Source: Formosa sp. Hel1_33_131 (GTDB lineage: Bacteria > Bacteroidota > Bacteroidia > Flavobacteriales > Flavobacteriaceae). From it: a DNA stretch of 32,000 nucleotides. Below the pieces are notes generated by a model. The model was given only the letters and a program-made list of their open reading frames with translations, made no database searches and was not told the DNA's origin. How positions within the stretch are numbered: position 1 is the stretch's first letter; each line of letters opens with the position of its first letter. The DNA lies in assembly GCF_001735745.1 (NCBI RefSeq), contig NZ_CP017260.1, positions 540,001 to 572,000 of the forward strand. The letters run 5' to 3'. The translations under genes and the position numbers were made by a program. Below, in pieces: positions 17,671-26,967 of this stretch.

Positions 17671-18120
17671 ATGAATACATTCTTATGGATACTCGTTTTT
17701 TTGGGAACCTTTTCGGCCATGGAGTTTATGGCGTGGTTTACACATAAATACATCATGCATGGTTTTTTGTGGAAGCTTCACAAAGACCACCATCACAAAG
17801 ATCACAAAAGTTGGTTTGAGCGTAATGATGCCTTTTTTATCTTCTATGCAGTCGTTAGTATGACCTGTTTTTATTTCTGGAGTTACGAAGGCTTTTGGGC
17901 AGGACTTCCGATCGGTTTGGGAATTATGGCGTATGGCGCTACTTATTTTATAGTGCATGATATTTTTATTCATCAACGTTTCAAGTTTTTTAGAAACGCC
18001 AATAATTGGTACGCAAAAGGGCTGAGACGTGCACACAAAATACATCACAAACACCTCGGAAAAGGCGATGGCGAATGTTTTGGAATGTTGTTTGTACCCT
18101 TCAAATATTTTAAACGCTAA
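17671..18120 (+). CDS. crtZ: Beta-carotene hydroxylase
   Basis: 149 aa. His-box motifs HKDHHHKDH, HDIFIHQRF and HKIHHKH in a membrane protein. Confidence 0.9.
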   Translation: MNTFLWILVFLGTFSAMEFMAWFTHKYIMHGFLWKLHKDHHHKDHKSWFERNDAFFIFYAVVSMTCFYFWSYEGFWAGLPIGLGIMAYGATYFIVHDIFIHQRFKFFRNANNWYAKGLRRAHKIHHKHLGKGDGECFGMLFVPFKYFKR

Positions 18121-18123
18121 CGG

Positions 18124-18825
18124 ATGAACACACTCTATCTTTTATTAAACTTAGGGTCGGTTTCAGTGCCATTTTTGTATAGTTTTCATCCGAGGCTACA
18201 ACTCCACAAACGGTTTTTATGGATCTTCGTTTCGATCCTCCTAACAATGGGGATTTTTATCCCTTGGGATGTGATTTTCACAATGAATGGAATTTGGGGG
18301 TTTAACGACACTTACTTTTTAGGCATCAAACTTTTTAGTCTCCCTATTGAAGAATGGTTGTTTTTCATTTGTATTCCTTTTGCTTGTGTGTTTACACACT
18401 ATGCACTCCTCCTCTATTTTCCGAATTTAAAAGTCAATGCGGTAGCCACAAAAAGGGTCAGTATACTTCTTATACTTCTGTTGTTCATCCTTGCTGTTGT
18501 CAATTATGACAAATGGTACACAGTGATTAATTTTGGCTTGGCGATTCCGTTAACGGTTCTTGTTTATAAATACAATCTTAAATTGCTACAACATTTTTTC
18601 TTGACTTTTTTGGTGATGTTGATTCCGTTTTTTATTGTGAATGGTATCTTAACCGGCAGCTTTATTGACAATCAAGTAGTCTGGTACAACAATGCCGAAA
18701 ACTTAGGCATTCGAATGGGAACTATCCCTGTAGAAGATAGTATTTATGCCTATACCATGATTCTATGTAATTTGTTTTTGACGGAGTTTTTTGTGAAGAA
18801 ATTTCGTAAAAACGAGTCTGTCTAA
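18124..18825 (+). CDS. crtY: Lycopene cyclase domain protein (fused CrtYc/Yd type)
   Basis: 233-aa polytopic membrane protein. The PIEEWLFF and PVEDSIYAY motifs are typical of heterodimeric-type lycopene cyclase domains. It is the last gene of the crt cluster. Confidence 0.8.
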   Translation: MNTLYLLLNLGSVSVPFLYSFHPRLQLHKRFLWIFVSILLTMGIFIPWDVIFTMNGIWGFNDTYFLGIKLFSLPIEEWLFFICIPFACVFTHYALLLYFPNLKVNAVATKRVSILLILLLFILAVVNYDKWYTVINFGLAIPLTVLVYKYNLKLLQHFFLTFLVMLIPFFIVNGILTGSFIDNQVVWYNNAENLGIRMGTIPVEDSIYAYTMILCNLFLTEFFVKKFRKNESV

Positions 18826-18923
18826 AAAGTAGAAAATCTGTCATTCTGAACCTGCCTGACGGTAGGCAGGTTTGTTTCAGAATCTCAATGAACTGAAATA
18901 TAATTTGTTTCAGAATCTGAAAC
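18818..18923. repeat. Palindromic intergenic repeat element, full copy (nested hairpins)
   Basis: ctgtctaaaaagtagaaaatctgtcattctgaacctgcctgacggtaggcaggttt (18818-18873) recurs at 30972-31029. Inner stem cctgcct/aggcagg (18851-18870). Outer stem attctgaa/ttcagaat (18843-18850 with 18876-18883). tttgtttcagaatct repeats at 18871-18885 and 18904-18918. Palindrome gtttcagaatctgaaac at 18907-18923. Confidence 0.8.
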
Positions 18924-19143
18924 AAGCATACCTTCGTTAGAAAAGCTTGTCTGCCGACAGGCAGGACTTCCTACCTTCGGCAAGTAAACTCAATGTAATC
19001 ACACAACCACCAGTACATATAAAATCAAGGGACTTAAGTCCCTTGTGACCAGATGCTGAGGGTTCTTAGGTTTTGTTTTAATTCTTAATACTTTGTCTGA
19101 TACATTTTTTGTAAAACAAAAAACACTCGAACTGACAAATGCA

Positions 19144-19185
19144 CAAAAAAATCGAGACCTTTCTTATATTTAAAAGGGTCTCGAT
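19144..19185 (-). terminator. Rho-independent terminator downstream of aconitase (possibly bidirectional)
   Basis: The minus strand reads ATCGAGACC-cttttaaatataagaaa-GGTCTCGAT followed by TTTTTTT. 9-bp perfect stem, 60 nt downstream of the acn stop. On the plus strand a T-rich tract (ttaattttt) also follows the hairpin. Confidence 0.75.
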
Positions 19186-19245
19186 TTAATTTTTATCGAA
19201 AGTCACAACTAACTTTCGGAATACTAAGGTGAGTTAATTCACTTC

Positions 19246-21513
19246 TTAGGCATTTTGTTTTTTTATCAAGTTCAATGCAGAACCTTCATTGTACCATTCT
19301 ATTTGAGAATCGTTATACGTATGGTTTGCAATAATAACATCCTTAGAACCATCCGCATGAATCGCTTCAATGGTTAAGGGTTTACCAGGTGCAAATGCAT
19401 TTAAGTCCACAAAATTAAAAGTATCGTCTTCTTGAATTAAATCGTAATCCGATTCTGTTGCAAAAGTCAAACCTAACATTCCTTGTTTTTTAAGGTTGGT
19501 TTCGTGAATACGTGCAAATGATTTTACAATCACTGCAGCGACTCCAAGGTGACGTGGCTCCATCGCCGCGTGTTCTCTTGATGATCCTTCACCATAATTA
19601 TGATCCCCAACAACAATTGTTTTTATATTGGCTGCTTTATAGGCTCTTGCCGTTAAAGGCACTGCGTCGTACTCCCCACCTGATTGATTTTTTACAAAAT
19701 TAGTTTTCATATTGAATGCATTTACAGCACCAATCAAACAGTTGTTAGAAATATTGTCTAAATGCCCTCTATAACGCAACCATGGTCCCGCCATTGAGAT
19801 ATGATCGGTCGTACATTTTCCGTGCGCTTTGATTAACAATTTTGCTCCGTCAATTGTATTCCCAATCGGCTCAAAAGGCGCTAATAATTGTAATCTTTCA
19901 GATTCTGGATTCACATTGATCACGACTCCACTTCCATCTTCTTCGGGAGCAAGATATCCATCGTCTTTTACTTCAAAACCTTTTGGAGGTAATTCCCATC
20001 CTGTTGGCTCGTCTAACATCACCTTTTCACCATCTTTATTGATTAGAGCATCTGTCATAGGATTAAAATCTAAACGACCTGCAATGGTAATTGCAGCCAC
20101 CATTTCTGGTGAAGCAACAAAGGCATGTGTGTTTGGATTTCCATCTGCACGTTTTGCAAAGTTTCTATTGAAAGAATGAATGATTGAGTTTTTTGGTGCA
20201 TTTTTAGGGTCTTCGTAGCGTGCCCATTGCCCAATACAAGGGCCACAAGCATTGGTGAAAATTTTTGCATCCAATTGTTCAAAAACACTTAAGATTCCGT
20301 CTCTGTCTGCTGTATAACGTACTTTTTCAGAACCTGGATTGATTCCAAATTCAGCTTTGATCCCTAAACCTTTGTCTAAGGCTTGTTGAGCTATAGAAGC
20401 AGCTCTTGATAAATCTTCATAAGAAGAATTCGTACAAGATCCAATCAATCCCCATTCAACTTTTAAAGGCCATTCGTTTTTAGTTGCAATGGTCTTCATG
20501 TCTGAACCTACTTTTGTAGATAAATCTGGTGTAAAAGGACCGTTTAATAAAGGACTTAAATCTGATAAATTGATTTCAATGACTTGATCAAAATAGTGTT
20601 CTGGATTTGCATATACTTCAGCATCTCCAGTTAAATGTTCTTTTACTGTATTTGCAGCATCTGCAACATCTGATCTATCGGTCGCACGTAAATAACGCTC
20701 CATTGATTCGTCATACCCAAAAGTAGAAGTGGTTGCTCCTATTTCTGCTCCCATATTACAAATGGTTCCTTTTCCTGTGCAAGACATTCCGATAGCACCT
20801 TCGCCAAAATATTCTACAACAGCTCCAGTTCCTCCTTTTGCAGAAACAATGCCTGCTACTTTTAAAATGACATCTTTGGGTGCAGTCCAACCGGAAAGTT
20901 TCCCAGTTAATTTAACGCCGATTAGTTTTGGAAATTTTAATTCCCAAGCCATTCCTGCCATCACATCCACAGCATCTGCTCCACCAACACCAATGGCAAT
21001 CATTCCCAATCCACCCGCATTCACGGTATGCGAATCAGTTCCAATCATCATTCCACCAGGGAACGCATAGTTTTCTAACACCACTTGGTGAATAATCCCT
21101 GCGCCTGGTTTCCAAAATCCTAATCCGTATTTGTTTGAGACTGATTCTAAAAAGTTAAAAACTTCATTACTCGTGTTTAAAGCACTTTGTAAATCAGTTC
21201 CAGCTCCGTTTTTTGCTTGAATTAAATGATCACAGTGTGTCGTGGTAGGTACCGCTACTTTACTTTTACCTGCTTGCATAAATTGCAACAACGCCATTTG
21301 AGCCGTTGCATCTTGTAAGGCAATTCGATCCGGTGCGAAATCCACATAGTCTTTTCCGCGCTCGTATGCTTTGGTTGATTTGTCATCCCAAAGGTGACTG
21401 TAAAGAATTTTTTCTGATAACGTAAGCGGACGTCCAACAAGTTGACGTGCTTTTTCAATGCGTGCCGGCATTTGACGGTACACTTCTTTAATAATATTTA
21501 TATCGAAAGCCAT
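19246..21513 (-). CDS. acnA: Aconitate hydratase (755-aa mitochondrial-type)
   Basis: Full-length aconitase signatures including [18 protein letters not shown] and [10 protein letters not shown] (Fe-S cluster Cys ligands). Confidence 0.95.
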   Translation of the reverse strand: MAFDINIIKEVYRQMPARIEKARQLVGRPLTLSEKILYSHLWDDKSTKAYERGKDYVDFAPDRIALQDATAQMALLQFMQAGKSKVAVPTTTHCDHLIQAKNGAGTDLQSALNTSNEVFNFLESVSNKYGLGFWKPGAGIIHQVVLENYAFPGGMMIGTDSHTVNAGGLGMIAIGVGGADAVDVMAGMAWELKFPKLIGVKLTGKLSGWTAPKDVILKVAGIVSAKGGTGAVVEYFGEGAIGMSCTGKGTICNMGAEIGATTSTFGYDESMERYLRATDRSDVADAANTVKEHLTGDAEVYANPEHYFDQVIEINLSDLSPLLNGPFTPDLSTKVGSDMKTIATKNEWPLKVEWGLIGSCTNSSYEDLSRAASIAQQALDKGLGIKAEFGINPGSEKVRYTADRDGILSVFEQLDAKIFTNACGPCIGQWARYEDPKNAPKNSIIHSFNRNFAKRADGNPNTHAFVASPEMVAAITIAGRLDFNPMTDALINKDGEKVMLDEPTGWELPPKGFEVKDDGYLAPEEDGSGVVINVNPESERLQLLAPFEPIGNTIDGAKLLIKAHGKCTTDHISMAGPWLRYRGHLDNISNNCLIGAVNAFNMKTNFVKNQSGGEYDAVPLTARAYKAANIKTIVVGDHNYGEGSSREHAAMEPRHLGVAAVIVKSFARIHETNLKKQGMLGLTFATESDYDLIQEDDTFNFVDLNAFAPGKPLTIEAIHADGSKDVIIANHTYNDSQIEWYNEGSALNLIKKQNA

Positions 21514-21701
21514 AATCTAAATAATTTTATTTCGTAATAATCGTTCGTAAAAGTACGAATTAAATAAAATTATATTCAATTAAAAAGTGAATAAGACGTG
21601 TTTACTTTTAGATTTTAATTAAACGTAAACTTCTCTTTTAAAAAATATATTATTAGTAATTTTAAAGGGGTAAATACGTCAAAAAAATGACAAAGGTGAG
21701 A

Positions 21702-22655
21702 TTAGAATAAACTTTTAATAATGGACTCTATAGAAATTCCATCGGCTTCAGCCTTGTAATTCTTGATAATTCTGTGGCGAAGAATGCTAATTGCAACAGC
21801 TTGCACGTCTTCGATGTCTGGTGAAAGTTTCCCTTTGATGACCGCATAGGTTTTGGCAGCTAAGATTAGGTTTTGAGAGGCTCTTGGCCCTGCTCCCCAA
21901 TCAACGTATTGTTTAATTACTGGAATCGCTTCCGAAGAATCTGGACGGGTTTTACCAACCATTTTAACAGCGTATTCAATCACATTATCTGCCACTGGAA
22001 TTTTTCGGATGAGTGCTTGAAATTCTAAAATTTCATTCGCAGAAAACACAACAGCAACGTCCGACTGTGCGTTAGCGGTTGTTAGTTTCACTACTTGAAC
22101 CTCTTCTTCAAAACTTGGATAGGTTAGATTGATGGAAAACATAAAACGGTCCAATTGTGCTTCGGGCAACGGATAGGTTCCTTCTTGCTCAATCGGGTTT
22201 TGAGTTGCCAATACAAAGTAAGGCGCATCTAATTTATAATGATGTCCTGCAATGGTCACCGACCGTTCTTGCATCGCTTCTAAAAGCGCTGCTTGTGTTT
22301 TTGGTGGCGTTCTATTGATTTCATCGGCCAGTATGATGTTTGAAAAAATTGGGCCTTTAATGAATTTGAATTGACGATCGTTGTCCAAAATCTCACTTCC
22401 TAAGATATCGCTAGGCATAAGGTCTGGAGTAAATTGGATGCGTTTAAAATCCAATCCAAGTGCTTTGGCAATGGTATTAACCATTAAGGTTTTTGCCAGT
22501 CCGGGAACGCCGACTAACAAGGAATGACCCCCGGAAAATATGGAGATTAGAATTTGTTCTATGACGGCATCCTGACCTACAATGACTTTAGAAATTTCTT
22601 GCTTTAAAGTCTCGTACTTCTGGAGGTGTTGTTTTAAAGACGCAACATCTGACAT
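21702..22655 (-). CDS. moxR: MoxR-family AAA+ ATPase
   Basis: 317 aa. Walker A GVPGLAKT, Walker B ILADEINR, and the typical MoxR pattern LEAMQERSVTI...FVLATQNPIEQEGTYPLPEAQLDRF. Confidence 0.9.
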   Translation of the reverse strand: MSDVASLKQHLQKYETLKQEISKVIVGQDAVIEQILISIFSGGHSLLVGVPGLAKTLMVNTIAKALGLDFKRIQFTPDLMPSDILGSEILDNDRQFKFIKGPIFSNIILADEINRTPPKTQAALLEAMQERSVTIAGHHYKLDAPYFVLATQNPIEQEGTYPLPEAQLDRFMFSINLTYPSFEEEVQVVKLTTANAQSDVAVVFSANEILEFQALIRKIPVADNVIEYAVKMVGKTRPDSSEAIPVIKQYVDWGAGPRASQNLILAAKTYAVIKGKLSPDIEDVQAVAISILRHRIIKNYKAEADGISIESIIKSLF

Positions 22656-22658
22656 CGC

Positions 22659-24116
22659 TTAGTTAATTTTAAACCAGTTACTATTAAAATCACAGCTACG
22701 TAACTCACCATTAATTTTAATATAAGTGTCCATTATTTTTTCTGCTTGCCACTTCTCAATCGCACTCAATTGTTTTTCTTGAAGTGCAAGGGCTTTAATT
22801 TTTAAGTAATCCTGTGCAAAGGTAGCTTCATGCTCATCGACACGTGCAGTAACCGTCAAAATTTTAAATTTCACAGGGTTGATGCGATCTTCATCTTTAA
22901 AGACTGGACTGACTTCGTTGTCTTTTAGATTCTGGATTTGAGCATACAACTCAGGATCCATTTTTGTGAGTTCAAAATTATAATCTTGCGTTTCTGGGTT
23001 TCGAAGTTGTCCGCCGTCAAACTTCGTTTCTTTTTCGTCACTCGCTTCTTTAGCTGCGTCTGCAAATGTAATTTCACCATCGACAATGCTTTGTCTTACT
23101 TTTTCAAGTCTTTCTTTGGCTTCTTTGATGGCTACCGAAGTCACTTTTGGAATTAATAAAATATGTCTGACATCGTATTCTTGACCTCTAATTTTTTCCA
23201 ATTGAATGATGTGATAACCAAAATCTGTTTTGAAGGGTTTGGACACTTCACCTTCTTGTAATGAAAAGGCGACTTCTCTAAATTCTTTGGCCATTACAGG
23301 ACGTTTCCTGTTAAGAGTGTATTTTCCTCCGGTTCGTTTCGACCCTGGATCTTCGGTATAAAGAACAGCTTTGGTGGTGAAACTTGCACCGTTGTCCAAG
23401 ACATCGGCTCTGAATTCATTCAAACGATTGATTACTTTATCAACTTCTACTTTGGTTGTTTCTGGAATCACTACAATTTGAGCAACTCGCATTTCAGTAC
23501 CAAACTGCGGTCGTTCATCTTCTGCGATTTTATTGAAAAACTGACGTACTTCGTCTGGAGTCACTTCAATTTCTTCCACAATAGTTTGTTGCATCATGGA
23601 TGCCATCTTGCCGTTTTTGTTCAACTCAAACATTTCATCTCTGAGTTCTTTTTCAGAAGATTTTTTGTAGTAAGCAATCAGTTTTTCCATAGAACCGATC
23701 TGCTCTGCAAAGCCTTCTAACTGTTGATCTACATAGGATTTAACCTCCGCATCATTCACTTCTAGACTGTCTTGAATGGCATGATGAATGTATAGTTTGT
23801 CTTCTAACAGTTTACCAAAAAGCTGACAACGGGTAATGTCTTCAGTAGAAATACCACCTGCTTCTAGTTGGGTGAATTGCTTGTCAATATCGGAATCTAA
23901 GATGACAAAATCACCGATCACAGCAGCAACACCGTCAAGCTTGACGCGTTTCATTGAATCCTTTACAGAATCAATGACCGTCATTTTTGGTGCTTCGACC
24001 TCAACAGACTCTTCAATAATTTCTTGTGAAAAAGAAGAAAGGGTTGTCAAAAAACAGAACCCGAGTACGTAAGACTTAATTATAAATTTCAAATTTTTTA
24101 TTTTTAATGGCATCAT
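22659..24116 (-). CDS. SurA-like peptidyl-prolyl isomerase / periplasmic chaperone
   Basis: 485 aa. Signal peptide. Parvulin-type segment (FGYHIIQLEKIRGQEYDVRHILL). SurA-N-like N-terminal domain. Confidence 0.8.
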   Translation of the reverse strand: MMPLKIKNLKFIIKSYVLGFCFLTTLSSFSQEIIEESVEVEAPKMTVIDSVKDSMKRVKLDGVAAVIGDFVILDSDIDKQFTQLEAGGISTEDITRCQLFGKLLEDKLYIHHAIQDSLEVNDAEVKSYVDQQLEGFAEQIGSMEKLIAYYKKSSEKELRDEMFELNKNGKMASMMQQTIVEEIEVTPDEVRQFFNKIAEDERPQFGTEMRVAQIVVIPETTKVEVDKVINRLNEFRADVLDNGASFTTKAVLYTEDPGSKRTGGKYTLNRKRPVMAKEFREVAFSLQEGEVSKPFKTDFGYHIIQLEKIRGQEYDVRHILLIPKVTSVAIKEAKERLEKVRQSIVDGEITFADAAKEASDEKETKFDGGQLRNPETQDYNFELTKMDPELYAQIQNLKDNEVSPVFKDEDRINPVKFKILTVTARVDEHEATFAQDYLKIKALALQEKQLSAIEKWQAEKIMDTYIKINGELRSCDFNSNWFKIN

Positions 24117-24930
24117 TAACTATATCACTTTTTAGTTGTTTGATGAGTTTTAACTTTCGGTTATTAATGACTATTTGTTTCAAGGTTGGCAATACATACT
24201 CCATAGGAGCTTGACTTCCTCGCTCTAAAACTTCATTAATCTGCATCAAATATAACCCTAAAGAATCTTTGAGCTGTATAAAATTCGGTTTTTTTAACAG
24301 TACTTTATTAAATCCTATTTGTAAGGGGTTGATTTTAGAAATTGCTTGTTCGGATTTTATCCAAATGGAGTCTTTCAAATAAAATGAATTGAACTGGATG
24401 GATATAGAGTCTAAGCGCGTTTTGTCTTCCGCATTGAACCGCTTGAATCGTTTTTTAACTTCTTCTAAATTGGATAGTTTTGAGTTCACATTCACATATC
24501 TCATTTTTAAAAGGTCTTCTTTCAAAACAAAAAGCTGTTTGTTACTAGAATACACTTCGTCTAATTCCTGATCTGTTATGGAAGTATCCAAGTTCTTATT
24601 TACCAAGGCTTCTACATAGGCAGAGGTATAAAGATCACTTTTATATTGCTGGACCAGTTGTTCAAACTCCGTTTGCGTCTCTTTTGTTAGGTTTAAATTT
24701 GCACCGTCAATGAGGAGTTGGGTGGTGGCCCAATTATTAATAATATTTTGAACATAAATAATACTGTCCGACTCAGTTTGTCCTTCTACAAAACTAAAAT
24801 CGATGTCGGTTTCAAACAAAAATGCATCGTTGACTCGCGCTAAAGGGTTCGCTTCTGTGGGAGCTGGTCGTAAATTACACGCCGCCAACATCAAAAAAGA
24901 AAGCCCTAATAGTTGATTGAGATGTTTCAA
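24076..24930 (-). CDS. Lipoprotein, SurA-N-like chaperone domain protein without an obvious PPIase domain
   Basis: 284 aa. Lipobox FLMLAAC. Sits between two PPIase genes. Overlaps the downstream ORF by 41 nt if that ORF uses its first ATG. Confidence 0.6.
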   Translation of the reverse strand: MKHLNQLLGLSFLMLAACNLRPAPTEANPLARVNDAFLFETDIDFSFVEGQTESDSIIYVQNIINNWATTQLLIDGANLNLTKETQTEFEQLVQQYKSDLYTSAYVEALVNKNLDTSITDQELDEVYSSNKQLFVLKEDLLKMRYVNVNSKLSNLEEVKKRFKRFNAEDKTRLDSISIQFNSFYLKDSIWIKSEQAISKINPLQIGFNKVLLKKPNFIQLKDSLGLYLMQINEVLERGSQAPMEYVLPTLKQIVINNRKLKLIKQLKSDIVNDAIKNKKFEIYN

Positions 24931-24932
24931 AA

Positions 24933-26897
24933 TTATTTAGAAATTAAGACGTTCACTTTTGCGAGTACGTCCTCATTGATATCGACTTTGAATTTAGTCC
25001 GTAATTCTTGAATCCACTCGGATTCTAACGCAATTTGATAGTCAGCAATCAGTTGTCCTTGAGCCTCCTCAAAAGTTTTTTGAGTGGTTGGTTTCAAAGC
25101 TGTGACATTGACAACATAAAAATTTGAATTTTCTTCAATCACTTTAGAAAGTCCTGTTTTAAATTCAAGAGTTTTAGGCAATGTCGGATGTCCTAGTTCA
25201 AATTCACCATTAGAAAATATGACGTTTTGCTGCTCTTTGTTTAGTGCTTCATCAATCATTTCATTGGACTGATTTTTTTTCCAATACTTGCGAACCTTTT
25301 TGATGTGCTTCTCATCTGATGATCGTGCTACAGACCCTTCAATTCTATCAGGCCATACATAGTTTTGTTTGTTGGCATTGTAAAATTCTTGCAAGCCTAT
25401 AGAGTCGTTTTTAGCACCTTCCCAAATTTTGTCTTGCATCAATTCAAATAACAACAAGCCTTCTCTGTATTCATCAAGAATATGTGCAAATTCTTTGTTT
25501 TCATTTTCTAAATTATCTTCTTTGTATTTGAATACAGATTGCTCTAAAAAGGAAGCATATTGCTTTTTAACAACTACCGCTTTTGACCATTCTTTTTTGA
25601 TCAATTTTTGGTTTTTGTTCAAGTAGTCTAAAAAGTTTTGATGCGTGAACGTTTGATTTTTAATGATCAAGAATGATTGGTTGTTGTCAAAATTCTTAGA
25701 AAGTTCCCAAACGTTTTGAGACGCATTAAAGAAAAGATTTGATTCGAAATTCGCGAGCTTAGAATTTGGGTTTTCAATTTGATATTCCGCCAATAATTGC
25801 TCCAACATTTTTGCTTTTACGAGTTGTGAGCGCGAATCTTTTCCAATTTTGCTATTTAACTCTAGCTGTAATTCTTCAAAAGATTGTACGGGTTTTTTAT
25901 TAATGTATTTTAGTATGTGCCATCCAAACTGCGTTTGAATTGGTTCAGATATCATATTAGAAGGACTGAGTTCAAAAGCTGTTGTTTCAAAAATCTCAGA
26001 ATTTATTTGACCTGACTTAAAAGGGCTGAGTTCCCCACCACGCATTGAACTGCTTTTATCATCTGAGAATTGTTTTGCGAGGTCTGCAAAATCATCGCCT
26101 TGTAGTACCAATCGGTGTAATTCTTGGATGCGCTCCTCTGGCACGAGTGTACTGTCTTTTTGTGTATTGGCTATCATGATATGAGCCACAGTCACCTGCC
26201 CTCTTGACTTGCGTTTTTCTAAAACTTTAACGACATGAAATCCAAATCTGGTTCGGAAGGGTTGGGAAACGCCGCCAACTTCAGTTGCATAAGCCGCCGA
26301 TTCAAAATTATAAACCATTTTAAAAGCAGAAAAATATCCTAAATCTTCCACAAAAATAGATTTACCATTGTGGAGTTCTTTTTTGAGAGACTCAAAATCT
26401 TCATTTACAAAACGCTCTCTATAGGCTTGAATTTTTGAATATGTTGCTAAGGTATCTGTTTCAACCTCATCCAATAAGATTAAGATGTGCTGCGCTTTGA
26501 CTTCATTTTCAGTTCGGTCATAAGCTTCACGAATTAAATCGTCCGTCACATTTTTGTCGGTCAAATAGGATTGAGTCAATTGGTCTTTATAGGACTTGAA
26601 TTCATTTAGATACACAGGATCTTTGTCGTATCGCAATGCTTTTGCTTCTGTTAATTTTAATTTATAATTCACAAACAACTCTAAATATGAATTGACTTCC
26701 TTTTGAGAATCATCTTGAACTAAGTTTAAATTTTTATTGTAAACTCTCACAAATTCATTTGCCGAGACAGACTCCCCCGAAATGGTCAGTAAGACATCGT
26801 CATCTGTTATTTGAGCATTTGACAAAAGAAATGAAAAGCAGGAAATGCTTAGAAATAGGAACGTTTTTTGCATGTTGAAAATTTTTATGAAAATCAA
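24933..26897 (-). CDS. PpiC/parvulin-type peptidyl-prolyl isomerase, large periplasmic chaperone
   Basis: 654-aa ORF. Two parvulin-like segments (FGFHVVKVLEKR, FGWHILKYINKK). The likelier true start is MQKTFLFLSISCFSFLLSNAQ at 26873. Confidence 0.8.
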   Translation of the reverse strand: MIFIKIFNMQKTFLFLSISCFSFLLSNAQITDDDVLLTISGESVSANEFVRVYNKNLNLVQDDSQKEVNSYLELFVNYKLKLTEAKALRYDKDPVYLNEFKSYKDQLTQSYLTDKNVTDDLIREAYDRTENEVKAQHILILLDEVETDTLATYSKIQAYRERFVNEDFESLKKELHNGKSIFVEDLGYFSAFKMVYNFESAAYATEVGGVSQPFRTRFGFHVVKVLEKRKSRGQVTVAHIMIANTQKDSTLVPEERIQELHRLVLQGDDFADLAKQFSDDKSSSMRGGELSPFKSGQINSEIFETTAFELSPSNMISEPIQTQFGWHILKYINKKPVQSFEELQLELNSKIGKDSRSQLVKAKMLEQLLAEYQIENPNSKLANFESNLFFNASQNVWELSKNFDNNQSFLIIKNQTFTHQNFLDYLNKNQKLIKKEWSKAVVVKKQYASFLEQSVFKYKEDNLENENKEFAHILDEYREGLLLFELMQDKIWEGAKNDSIGLQEFYNANKQNYVWPDRIEGSVARSSDEKHIKKVRKYWKKNQSNEMIDEALNKEQQNVIFSNGEFELGHPTLPKTLEFKTGLSKVIEENSNFYVVNVTALKPTTQKTFEEAQGQLIADYQIALESEWIQELRTKFKVDINEDVLAKVNVLISK

Positions 26898-26967
26898 AAA
26901 TACTAATTATAAGGGAGACTACAAATGTAAATTCCTTATGCCTTAAAAAAAATGAAAAGGGAGCTTA

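Noticed and set aside
18722-18925. 67-aa minus-strand ORF spanning the end of the cyclase gene and the repeat element
   Set aside because: It reads straight through the palindromic repeats (ILKQTCLPSGRFRMTDF), a known source of spurious ORFs, and it overlaps the real cyclase CDS.
19512-21458. Several 63-116-aa ORFs on both strands inside the aconitase gene (e.g. 19829-20179, 20729-21070, 21255-21458)
   Set aside because: They are shadow ORFs fully nested in a strongly supported 755-aa CDS. Their composition is low-complexity (Pro/Ser/Ala-rich) with no recognisable motifs.
21544-21559. Hairpin/palindrome ttcgta-aaag-tacgaa upstream of aconitase
   Set aside because: It has only a 6-bp stem in AT-rich DNA, which is too weak to call a regulatory site without conservation data.
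24076-24116. 41-nt overlap between the 284-aa lipoprotein gene and the SurA-like gene
   Set aside because: It is most likely a start-codon choice issue or an ordinary operon overlap. There is no slippery or recoding signal.
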